DNA from: Crocosphaera subtropica ATCC 51142
Lineage (GTDB): Bacteria > Cyanobacteriota > Cyanobacteriia > Cyanobacteriales > Microcystaceae
Reading direction: 5' to 3'
Assembly (NCBI RefSeq): GCF_000017845.1
Contig: NC_010539.1
Coordinates: forward strand, 7,621 to 39,620
Length of the DNA: 32,000 nucleotides
Part shown: one piece after another, positions 17,384-26,300 of the stretch
How the letters are laid out: every line of letters begins with the position of its first letter
Numbering within the stretch: the first letter of the stretch is position 1
Program-made: the position numbers and the translations under genes
Notes under the pieces: model-generated
What the model was told of the DNA's origin: nothing
Databases searched by the model: none
What the model saw: only the letters and a program-made list of their open reading frames with translations

Positions 17384-19108
17384 TTAAGATGTATCTTTCC
17401 TTTGTGACCAAATTAGTAAAGCTAGTTCTTCTAATTCAGCTATTTTTAATGAATCAGTTACACAAAATAAATCAATATTTCCACCAACTTCTTGCTGAAG
17501 TTTAGATTTTAGAGTCTTTAAGACTGATTTTCCATAACGATATCTCTCACAATCTTGGTCATACATTTGATAACAGTTTGAAGCTATTTGTCCATTATTG
17601 ATTCTTCCGTTACCTTTTTGACGAGATTGTTGTAATTCTATGTCTGTCCGACTATTTATAAACTTTTCTTTCGATTTTTCAGATTTTTCAGCAGTGGAAT
17701 TACTGATAAGCTCTTGTATCCTATCTGTTGTTAATTGTGGATATAAAGATTGGATATGTCCAAGATTAATAAAATGAGATTCTGCATCTGTTCCAGTTGT
17801 TAAAAAGCACAATATATTTGCTCGTTCAATTTTTTCTCTAAAATCGTTTGCTTCATCATCCGTTAAATAATCTCTATCTCTATGTAATAATATTTTAGTT
17901 TGAGAACTATGTTTTCGGATAAAAGCAGCTAAAACTAATGCTGTTTCAACTTTAGTACATCCTTTATATGACCAAATATCAACTTCATCCATTCTAAACC
18001 CTGATGCTTCTAGCAATGTTTCAATAGGTTTAGTGTCTTCATCTTCAGTTAATAAAACACATTTAATATTTTCAGTATTTAATAATAATTCATCTTTATC
18101 TAAAGCTCCAATATCTAGTAAAAGTTGAACAGTATCAAAATCTTTTTCATTTATAATTGTTCCATTCTTTAACCAATATATTTTTGTCTTTTCTCGTAAC
18201 GCATCAAGGAGATGTCTTGAATGAGTAGTTACTATAATTTGTAAATCGCGTTCTTCAGTCAATTTGATTAGCATTTTAGCTAATTTTCGTTGGTTATTTG
18301 GATGTAAATGCGAATCGGGTTCATCTAAAAGTAATATTTGAGGTTTATAAATATTAATATAAGATATAATTTGTATCGCTTGTAAAACCCCTGTACCAGC
18401 TAAATCTATTGGTAAACTATTTTCATCATTGGCTTGAATTTGACAATTAATATAATCATCACGTTCTGGATTAAACTCAACAATAACTTTTAAGTCAGGA
18501 AATAAATAATTAAAGTCTGATATAAATTGTTTCCATTGTTCTGATTCATTGTGAAGAAGGTAAAGAACATTTCGGAATACTTTATTGGCATCTCCTCTAG
18601 CAGCTGCCTTTCTAACAATCCCTGGAGTTTTACATTCTTCTACGTCAGGAATACCAGCTAGTCCAGGGACATAAATACTATATGGTGTTTCTATGATTTG
18701 TAGTCTTTCTCCTAATTCTTTTCCTTCTACTGTAATCGATAAATTTCTATTTCTCCCTTTTCTCACTGTAACAAGAACATTTTGTTTTTCTTGATTTTCT
18801 TCAAAAGAAATGATAATTGCTTGATCTTTATTTTCAACCAGTTTACCTCCATAGGCCAACGCATAAACATCTCTAAGAGGCGCATAGATTAGCTGCTGAG
18901 GGGATAATGAAGTTGATAATTTTTCATCCTTCCAATTTACATTACTCTGAAGACTAGCTGTTTGACCAACAGATACAGCAAATTGTATAGCTTGTAGAAT
19001 GCTACTTTTTCCAGAATTATTTGAACCTACCAAAATATTAACTCTATCAAGGTCTAAAGTTAAATTTTCTAAATTCTTGAATCTTTGTATAGTTATTTTG
19101 CCAAGCAT
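17384..19108 (-). CDS. fused ABC-type (AAA_15/21-like) ATPase + Toprim/DUF4435-like domain protein (OLD-family / PARIS AriA-AriB-fusion-like)
   Basis: N-terminal half: ITIQRFKNLENLTLDL...ILVGSNNSGKSSILQAI (Walker A), ILLLDEPDSHLHPNNQ (Walker B/D-loop), IVTTHSRHLLD (H-loop). C-terminal half: CVLLTEDEDTKPIE (Toprim Glu region), YKGCTKVE, ILLHRDRDYL (DxD), TTGTDAESHF. Confidence 0.65.
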   Translation of the reverse strand: MLGKITIQRFKNLENLTLDLDRVNILVGSNNSGKSSILQAIQFAVSVGQTASLQSNVNWKDEKLSTSLSPQQLIYAPLRDVYALAYGGKLVENKDQAIIISFEENQEKQNVLVTVRKGRNRNLSITVEGKELGERLQIIETPYSIYVPGLAGIPDVEECKTPGIVRKAAARGDANKVFRNVLYLLHNESEQWKQFISDFNYLFPDLKVIVEFNPERDDYINCQIQANDENSLPIDLAGTGVLQAIQIISYINIYKPQILLLDEPDSHLHPNNQRKLAKMLIKLTEERDLQIIVTTHSRHLLDALREKTKIYWLKNGTIINEKDFDTVQLLLDIGALDKDELLLNTENIKCVLLTEDEDTKPIETLLEASGFRMDEVDIWSYKGCTKVETALVLAAFIRKHSSQTKILLHRDRDYLTDDEANDFREKIERANILCFLTTGTDAESHFINLGHIQSLYPQLTTDRIQELISNSTAEKSEKSKEKFINSRTDIELQQSRQKGNGRINNGQIASNCYQMYDQDCERYRYGKSVLKTLKSKLQQEVGGNIDLFCVTDSLKIAELEELALLIWSQRKDTS

Positions 19109-19138
19109 AAAATTTCATGAGATCAATAATAACAGTGA

Positions 19139-19939
19139 TTACAAATGACACACTAAACAAGGCAAATCATCATCCTCCTCATCTAAAACCACCTCTAACG
19201 CTTCGGATAAAGGTCGATTAGGGGCTGCTTTTTTCTCACGGGCGATCGCCTTCTCATGATTAGCGATAATCTCCTCTTTGCGTTCCAAAAGTTCTAGTAA
19301 CGTTTCTCCTTCCGTCCAGGTGTAAGTTCTGCCATCCCTGTGATTAGATTCATATTCCACCGCCTTCGCAAACAAATCAGGATGTTCTTGGGCTAACATC
19401 ACCCATTCATATTTGCGTTGGAAGAAACAAAAGAAACAGCCCGAACGACTTCGCCAGCGATAATAATCTGGCAAACCAATCCCACTATCCTCTAATAAAC
19501 GGATAATATCGGCTTTTACTAATCCTCGTTCCTTAAACGGAAAAACAGGCTTAATATTGGGCTTAGTAGAGATGTAACCCTCTCGATTTTCATCCGCACG
19601 AATGCCAATATAGCTAATAGCCTCATCCTCACCCACAAACTCCTCTAACGGCTTAATCTTCATTTTTACCGTACACCAGCGCATTTTTGGAGAAGGTAAT
19701 AGACCATCGTGCATCGTTAACCAGTGGTCAAACCCTCGGTTTTCACTGAGATAATGGATTGTGATACCTAGACGGGCTTTAATGCGGTCAAGATACTCAT
19801 AGGTTTCAGGGAGTTCTTTGTGAGTGTCACAGAAGAAATACTCCATATCTGGGATTTCCTTGTGCAGTAGTACCGCCAAAGCTGTGCTATCCTTGCCTCC
19901 TGAGAGTCCCAGTATGTGCCTTATTTTCTTTTGTGCCAT
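19139..19939 (-). CDS. sspD: PP-loop / PAPS-reductase-family protein, SspD-like
   Basis: PP-loop ILGLSGGKDSTALAVLL plus cysteine pairs SGCFFCFF and LPCLVCHL. It lies in the same-strand cluster as the DUF4007, large P-loop and cysteine desulfurase genes. It is short (266 aa) compared with DndC. Confidence 0.6.
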   Translation of the reverse strand: MAQKKIRHILGLSGGKDSTALAVLLHKEIPDMEYFFCDTHKELPETYEYLDRIKARLGITIHYLSENRGFDHWLTMHDGLLPSPKMRWCTVKMKIKPLEEFVGEDEAISYIGIRADENREGYISTKPNIKPVFPFKERGLVKADIIRLLEDSGIGLPDYYRWRSRSGCFFCFFQRKYEWVMLAQEHPDLFAKAVEYESNHRDGRTYTWTEGETLLELLERKEEIIANHEKAIAREKKAAPNRPLSEALEVVLDEEDDDLPCLVCHL

Positions 19940-20052
19940 TACGTCCTAAATTCTCCTGGGCTATGATTTTAGCGTTCCCAATAATCTGATCCAAGTAACA
20001 TCTTTACCGAAAAATTAGTTGAAATGAAAGTATTTAGTAAAAACTTTTACAT

Positions 20053-20637
20053 TCAAGAGGGGATAGAAAGAACATTACAAATTTCTCGTCCTTGGATAGT
20101 TGTTGTTTTGAGGGGAGAAAACCCATTTTCTTCCCACTGATATGGAGTAATGTCAATTACGTTAGAACCAACTAGGAAATTTCCACAATTTATTTTTCCT
20201 GTATTAGCTCGATTAGATGTATAGAGAACAAAGCCACTTCCATAAGGTCTTATTTCAATAAAGTTCATCGTTGAAAAAATGGGTTTAATTTTTCTTGATT
20301 GACTTTCAAAAATGTAGGCATGGGTTGAAATCCCACTTCCACCTCCACTTGACAGTAAAACTACTAAAGCATCTTCTTTGGAATCATCATTAAAGTCTCT
20401 GTACTGAACTTTATCTAATGAAACATAACCCCAATCATCATCTTGATACTGACCTTGTTTGAGGGTTATATTTCCAGAAGGTCCCATTCCTCCTTCTCTT
20501 ATTTGGTAAGTAAAATTATTAAAATCTATTTGCCTAATTATTTCTTCGGCATAGCTAGGTGGTACAAGTAAAAATCCTAGGGAAAAAGAGGTTATTAATC
20601 CAGTTAACAATTGATTGTTTTTCATAACTTTGCCCAT
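20053..20637 (-). CDS. exported hypothetical protein
   Basis: Signal-peptide-like N-terminus (LLTGLITSFSLGFLLVPPSYA|EE). The start may be Met5 (MKNNQ...). No family recognised. Confidence 0.55.
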   Translation of the reverse strand: MGKVMKNNQLLTGLITSFSLGFLLVPPSYAEEIIRQIDFNNFTYQIREGGMGPSGNITLKQGQYQDDDWGYVSLDKVQYRDFNDDSKEDALVVLLSSGGGSGISTHAYIFESQSRKIKPIFSTMNFIEIRPYGSGFVLYTSNRANTGKINCGNFLVGSNVIDITPYQWEENGFSPLKTTTIQGREICNVLSIPS

Positions 20638-20699
20638 TAATAATTAAGTTTGACTTTGCAACGAAATGCTATTAAGACTAAAAGTAAAAAGCTTAGCCC

Positions 20700-21269
20700 T
20701 TATTGATTTAATAATGTGATTCTACTCAAGAAATTAGTTAAGTCTTGTAGTTCAACTTCACAGTCACATCTAATTGAGACTTCTAGTAGTTTTGATTTAT
20801 CTGGAATGGTTCCTAAAAAAGTCATACTATAACCACTCTCAGAAACTATAATATAGCCAGGATTTCTACTATTTTTATAAAAAAAATATGTTTTCAAGTC
20901 ACCATGATAAATATCTAAAATTAGTTCCTTTAAACCTTCTGACTGGTTATTTTCAATTAATCTAATACTTTCGGAATAACGACCTGTATGATATTGGGCT
21001 ATACCACCATTGGCTATACATTCAAGAAATTGGTAATCATTAGGATGAAGAATTTCTACAGAACGGTCTTGTTTCAGCATAACTCTATAGTTTTCAGGAA
21101 TATCAACACTTATTCCAAAACCTTCAAGGTTTAGTCTTCTATAAGTAGGAGAAGGAGATTCATAATTGCCATCAATTTCACATAGCACCTCAGCAAAACT
21201 TGGTTGAGATAAAAAAGAGACGAATAAGCTAATAGAAGAAAATAAGGTAATAATTGATAAAAATTTCAT
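20700..21269 (-). CDS. exported hypothetical protein (paralogue of 21322-21942)
   Basis: Signal peptide MKFLSIITLFSSISLFVSFLSQPSFA|EV. LEGFGISVDIPENYRVM aligns with LEDFGIKISNIPTNYRAM in the neighbouring gene. Confidence 0.55.
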   Translation of the reverse strand: MKFLSIITLFSSISLFVSFLSQPSFAEVLCEIDGNYESPSPTYRRLNLEGFGISVDIPENYRVMLKQDRSVEILHPNDYQFLECIANGGIAQYHTGRYSESIRLIENNQSEGLKELILDIYHGDLKTYFFYKNSRNPGYIIVSESGYSMTFLGTIPDKSKLLEVSIRCDCEVELQDLTNFLSRITLLNQ

Positions 21270-21321
21270 AATAGCCTTACATTGATGATTTTAAAAATAG
21301 GAACACTAAAAAATTAGAAGG

Positions 21322-21942
21322 TTATAGAGTTTTAGAGAGTAAAGTTACATTAGGTAACATACATTTCAAGACTTGTAACCCTGGCTCTCCTGGATATATA
21401 TGTATTCCTAATACTTGCTTTCCTGGTATATCTATATAGTAAGCAGCACCATCACCTAGTTCAATTAAGTATCCAGATCGTAAGTTTCCCAATGAATCTA
21501 ATATTTTATGCTCTTTCATATAGCCAAGAGAATCTCTATTTTGATGAGCATGATTTAAAATTTCTTCTAAAGATGTTTGTTCAAAGAATATATAGATGTT
21601 AGGATAATCTCCTAGATAATCTGCACGGGAATCATTCGGTTTCTGAAGAACCTCGAATACATCTTGTCTGATAATATCAACTCTCTTTAATCCATTGAGA
21701 CCACTCATTGCTCTATAGTTGGTTGGAATATTGCTAATTTTAATGCCAAAATCTTCCAAAACGATAGTACGGTTAGTTGTAGCTGCTGGTGTCCCATAAA
21801 AGTTGGACAAATTACATTTATCTTTTCCATTTATCTTGACACTGTTAGGAAGAAATTGAGCAGAGGTTTGCTCAAAATAACCTAATGTAGTAGACAAAAA
21901 GGTTAATATAAACACTAGAAAATACAAATTGCACCGTTTCAT
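21322..21942 (-). CDS. exported hypothetical protein (paralogue of 20700-21269)
   Basis: Signal peptide MKRCNLYFLVFILTFLSTTLGYFEQTSA|QF. It shares a motif with the 189-aa neighbour. Confidence 0.55.
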   Translation of the reverse strand: MKRCNLYFLVFILTFLSTTLGYFEQTSAQFLPNSVKINGKDKCNLSNFYGTPAATTNRTIVLEDFGIKISNIPTNYRAMSGLNGLKRVDIIRQDVFEVLQKPNDSRADYLGDYPNIYIFFEQTSLEEILNHAHQNRDSLGYMKEHKILDSLGNLRSGYLIELGDGAAYYIDIPGKQVLGIHIYPGEPGLQVLKCMLPNVTLLSKTL

Positions 21943-21964
21943 AACTTGTCCTTACCCTCATTAA

Positions 21965-22492
21965 TTAGTCTGGAAAATAATTTTTAAGTGGATCGTAGTC
22001 AAAAGGAAGCTTATTCCAGTTCCAATAAAAGTCCCAATCACCTGGAAATTGTTCATCTTTGTAATGAATTCGACTAAAACCATCTCGACGCATCGTCCAA
22101 TCAGACCAAGTTGGCCCAGAAAACGAAACGAGGGCTACTTGTGGACAAAAGGGTGCAAGACGTTGAGCTATTTGTAGCATCACCCTTTCTCTTTCTCCAG
22201 AACCAAACTCTCCTGAAAGGGCAGAAAAACCAATTGAATAGTTACCCTTATAATCTCTAGCGACATCTACAGAGGTTTTCTCGAAATGTTCACGAGTCGG
22301 TTGATATCGTCTTATTTGATTAAAGACTTCAGATGTAATGGTACGACATTCATCGGAAAGCACTTCTATTGATAAATTTCTTTGAGCTAAAGAAGGAGAC
22401 ACATCAATGATAATTGGCAGGGTTATCAAAGCGGTACTTAGAAACTGTTTGAATGACAAAAATAGAAATTTATGTCTAAAGAAATTCTTCAT
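21965..22492 (-). CDS. exported hypothetical protein
   Basis: Hydrophobic N-terminus ...LSTALITLPIIIDVSPSLA|QR and a Trp-rich C-terminus (GDWDFYWNWNKLPFDY). No family recognised. Confidence 0.5.
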   Translation of the reverse strand: MKNFFRHKFLFLSFKQFLSTALITLPIIIDVSPSLAQRNLSIEVLSDECRTITSEVFNQIRRYQPTREHFEKTSVDVARDYKGNYSIGFSALSGEFGSGERERVMLQIAQRLAPFCPQVALVSFSGPTWSDWTMRRDGFSRIHYKDEQFPGDWDFYWNWNKLPFDYDPLKNYFPD

Positions 22493-22503
22493 TTTTTAAA
22501 TTC

Positions 22504-23211
22504 TTAAAGGTGGGTATCTATAACGATTTTGTGTCCGTAATCAACTCTAACTGTTAATTTCACTTGGGTTTTTGAATTCCAAAAATCAATATAACAACCA
22601 GACCATCCATTTCCACAAGTTAAACAGGGGGCATTACTCTCACAGATGTTTTGATTGCTTGCTGAAACAGCTGTTTCCTCTTGCGTGACTATCCTAAAAC
22701 CATTGGTATATAAAAGTTGTTTAGCTTGTGATAAATTCATTCCTGCCTTCAGGTAATTAGGATGTAAGTTATTGCAAAGATACCTATTAAGAAGCGTGCT
22801 ATGGTAAGGATTCAAAACATAATAATCAAACTGGTCAGGTGGTACATTTAGCTCATTAACAAATTCTCCTTCGTAATAAGTTTTAAAAGCCTTTGCCTGA
22901 ATAACTTTAACTTGTTTATTAGTAAAATTTTTGGACTGACAACTATCTATTCTTTTTCCTTTGACAGCTAAAGATTGTTGTTTTTTGTCTGAATCATAGA
23001 AAAAGTAAGCAAACTCCGAAGTAACAGAATTGTCAGTTTTTTGAAGACTATTTTTGTTGATTTCTATCCTCACATTAGGATGACCAACACTAATCCATTG
23101 AGACCCTAAATAACTATTCGTTTGAGCCGATAGCTCCATAGCACTAGAGCTAGACAGGACAGCAGCAATTGTTAACGACAGAAAAGAGCGCATTGGGTAA
23201 TTTCTCTCCAT
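22504..23211 (-). CDS. exported cysteine-containing hypothetical protein
   Basis: Signal peptide MRSFLSLTIAAVLSSSSAMELSA|QT (the start may be Met7). Cys-rich C-terminal region ICESNAPCLTCGNGWSGCY. Confidence 0.5.
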   Translation of the reverse strand: MERNYPMRSFLSLTIAAVLSSSSAMELSAQTNSYLGSQWISVGHPNVRIEINKNSLQKTDNSVTSEFAYFFYDSDKKQQSLAVKGKRIDSCQSKNFTNKQVKVIQAKAFKTYYEGEFVNELNVPPDQFDYYVLNPYHSTLLNRYLCNNLHPNYLKAGMNLSQAKQLLYTNGFRIVTQEETAVSASNQNICESNAPCLTCGNGWSGCYIDFWNSKTQVKLTVRVDYGHKIVIDTHL

Positions 23212-23314
23212 TGAGATGAGACTCAGGAAAAAGAGTGAATAGTTTCACTCAGTTATAAAGTTCCCAAAACAACACTAGAACTCTTCAAAATCTAGTCCAA
23301 TTCACTTAAATCGT

Positions 23315-26300
23315 TTAACGGGCCACCTTTTTAGACTTACCCTTTTGAGATGAGGCTTTCTCTTGAAGCAAACTTACTCCTTCAAGAGAATTAGTATTTA
23401 ACACCCTTTCTGTTAATTTCGCTAACACAGCTTGACGAATTTGCTCATTATCTGGCAGAATATCTAAAATTTGCTGAACGTATTTCTCTACTTTGTCTTC
23501 ATTACTATTATCTACCCAAACCATCCGATGGGTTTCCTCCCCATCAGGACGAGTAACCGTAATACGTCGTGCTTCAAACCCGTCCCCCTTAGCGGCCACT
23601 TCTTTCTGCAACGCCTCTAAATTCTTAAACCGTCTAGCAATATCCGATAACTTAACCTCAAACCCCGTGACATCCTTATCTGTCCAAGACTCAGGGGGTT
23701 TATCGGAGATCACCATCACCACTGCTTCTAACCATTCTGAATCAGATTTATCCTCATCAGTGGCAACTTGGACAAAACTGCGTAAATTCCGTTCTACACA
23801 CTGCCCTGCTAAATAACTCGCCCTTACTCGCAAATCTTCCCGCAGTTGCTTCTCCTGACTGCGTACCCCAAATGCTTCATAGAGTAACTTTTGACAGTCG
23901 GTTAACAGGGTTTCATAGGCCGTATTAATTTCCCGTAACGCCTGAACTAAGCGAGTCCGCAGGGTTTTAGCAATGGTTCCATCCTCTGCTTCTTCGGTTC
24001 CAATGGGGTCTAACCCACAAGCAACAGGAAGACTGGTAAAGATCAGTTCATCGGGTTCAACGGTTGTCTGTAATGCTTTGAGTACCCCTAATGCTTCTTT
24101 ACCGAGTCGTTGGGTTTGTTTCGTATATGAGGGAAGTTTTTTGACAAATTGATAGAGAGGAGTCACTACAGTTAGTAAGGTAGCATTTCGTAGTTTACCT
24201 GCTTTTTTCAGCTTAGGATTGCGTAAAATGGACTCTAATTCTTTAAATACCTCTGACCGTAACCCCACCACTTCAAAATATTTCACCGCAAAGCGAGACG
24301 GATCTTTAACCAATAATTCAAAGTGTTCTGCCCCTAAAATGGCAATAAAAGTCCCGTCTTGATATAACCCCACATCATCAATATGATTGAGAATGACGGC
24401 CGCAATTAAGACAGGAATCGCCCCCTGTTTGATGCCATAGGGCGGTTCTGCTAATTTTTGGTAGAGTTGATCTAAAGTGTGAGGCGTATCATAAGCATTC
24501 AAACAAAAATCTTCTACAGCTTCCCAAAACGAAAAAATTCCCGATGTAGTTTCAGGGGGATAAAAATCCCAGTCTTCTTCAATGATTTCAGATATATCAG
24601 GAGTATTAATTAGTTTCTCCTCAACGGTTACAGATATTTCAGAGGAGTCAACCCGTTCTTCATTCCCTGTGTCTGTCACTAATTTTTCTTCAGTTATCGC
24701 AACCGTTTGACCATGAATTCTCGTTTCTTCTAATAGAGAATAATACATACTGACTTCAGGGCCGTAACCAGATAACCCTAACCTGGGTTTTGATGACTGT
24801 TCTATCATGGCAGTTATTAATTCCCGTCTCGCTTTTGTACCTTGGGAAGTTAAGTCTCGACGGTTAATTAATTCATTCCAAAGAATCGGCGTTTTGTGAT
24901 AGACTTCATCGCAGACATGGGATAAGGTTGCATTGAAGTCGGCAATAGAATTAAGTTTCTTTTCCTCCCCTTGCACCCAACAACGGTTATGATTAAGGGC
25001 AAGGTCAAACGCTTGGGTTAATATTTCATCAAGCAATCTTTCTGCTTCAGTCACCCGATAACGCACTTCTCTTCTAGCGACTCCATCGCTTTGTAATTCA
25101 GATGCAGAGGTTTGAATTTGTTTTAAGGCAGCATATTCTCTGGTACGAATTCGTAGTAAATCTAATTTTGCCGCACAAATTAAAATGAAGGGTTTACCAT
25201 CCACTGTGGTAGCAGGAATTTGTGGCGGAATTTCCTCATCTAACCAATAGCCAATTAAGCCATCACTATCGGCATTTTCTAACTGTAATTGTTCTTGTAA
25301 AACTTTAAATTTATCATCTTCCCCTTTCGTTTCTAATCCCTTGCTATTGGAATCAAAATACAGTTTGCTGTCCAAATAACGTCGCTCAAAGTATCGTAAA
25401 GTACCTGTTTTATAACTATGACGCTGGGCAATTTGAGGATTGAAAGGACGCAGAGAAGAAAGTAAATTAACTAAAGATTCTCGTTGTTGGTCAATAAAAA
25501 CATTTAACTCACTATCTACATTAAAATCTGACCCTTGCCAAATTCTTAATTCATCTAATTGACGACGATGAGTAATAATATTTTTTTGTAGCAAGTCATC
25601 AATAATACTGCCCCAATACTCTAATTGTTCACTATCATGAGGACTATCACACATGGCTAAGGTGACTAATTCACGGGTTGCGCGGTTTGCCCCTGTTGTG
25701 GTAATTAAGTTTAAAATTCCAATTGCTTTTAAGACTCGTAAACTATCATTTTCTAAACGTTTCGCATCAGCAATTAAGTCTTGAATTTCCACCCATCGCT
25801 GCAAATTAGGACGGGACGCTAACCCCATTCCCGCAGCTTCAATAAAATAGTCATACACACGGTCAAGTTTTAGGGTGGGAAAAGGGTTAATATAATCTGT
25901 TTGAGATTTTTGTGTAGTTGGCTTTTCTGAGTTCTCTATTGTATTATTTTTTATGCTTGTTTCTTCCAGAAAAATCCTAAAGGAATAGGGTTCATTACTG
26001 GTAAGAAAGGTAAATAAAGATCGGTCATTTTGGGCGTAACGTTGACAAAGAGTAGGTAATGCTAAAGCAGTTACTGGATGAAGAGGATAAATATTTTCTA
26101 AAATGTCTAGGGTTATTTCTTCCCCTTGAATAGCAGTTTTTAAGCGACTAAACCATTCCGAAGCTGTATTATGGATAGCACATTCTAAGGGTTCTGCTTG
26201 AGTTTGATCAATCGCTTGTCCCATTAAGCGCATCATAGAAGATGCTGACTCAGTAAAGGGAATGTCTTCAAAGCGTCCTTGAATTTTAGCCCATTCGTTG

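Noticed and set aside
17384-19108. Gabija GajA assignment for the 574-aa ATPase-Toprim protein
   Set aside because: The size and domain order fit GajA, but no UvrD-like GajB gene is adjacent. The only helicase is 11 kb away on the other strand in a different module. The C-terminal motifs also look more DUF4435-like. It is kept as generic OLD/PARIS-like.
23493-23816. 107-aa plus-strand ORF
   Set aside because: It is antisense inside the 1250-aa P-loop gene.
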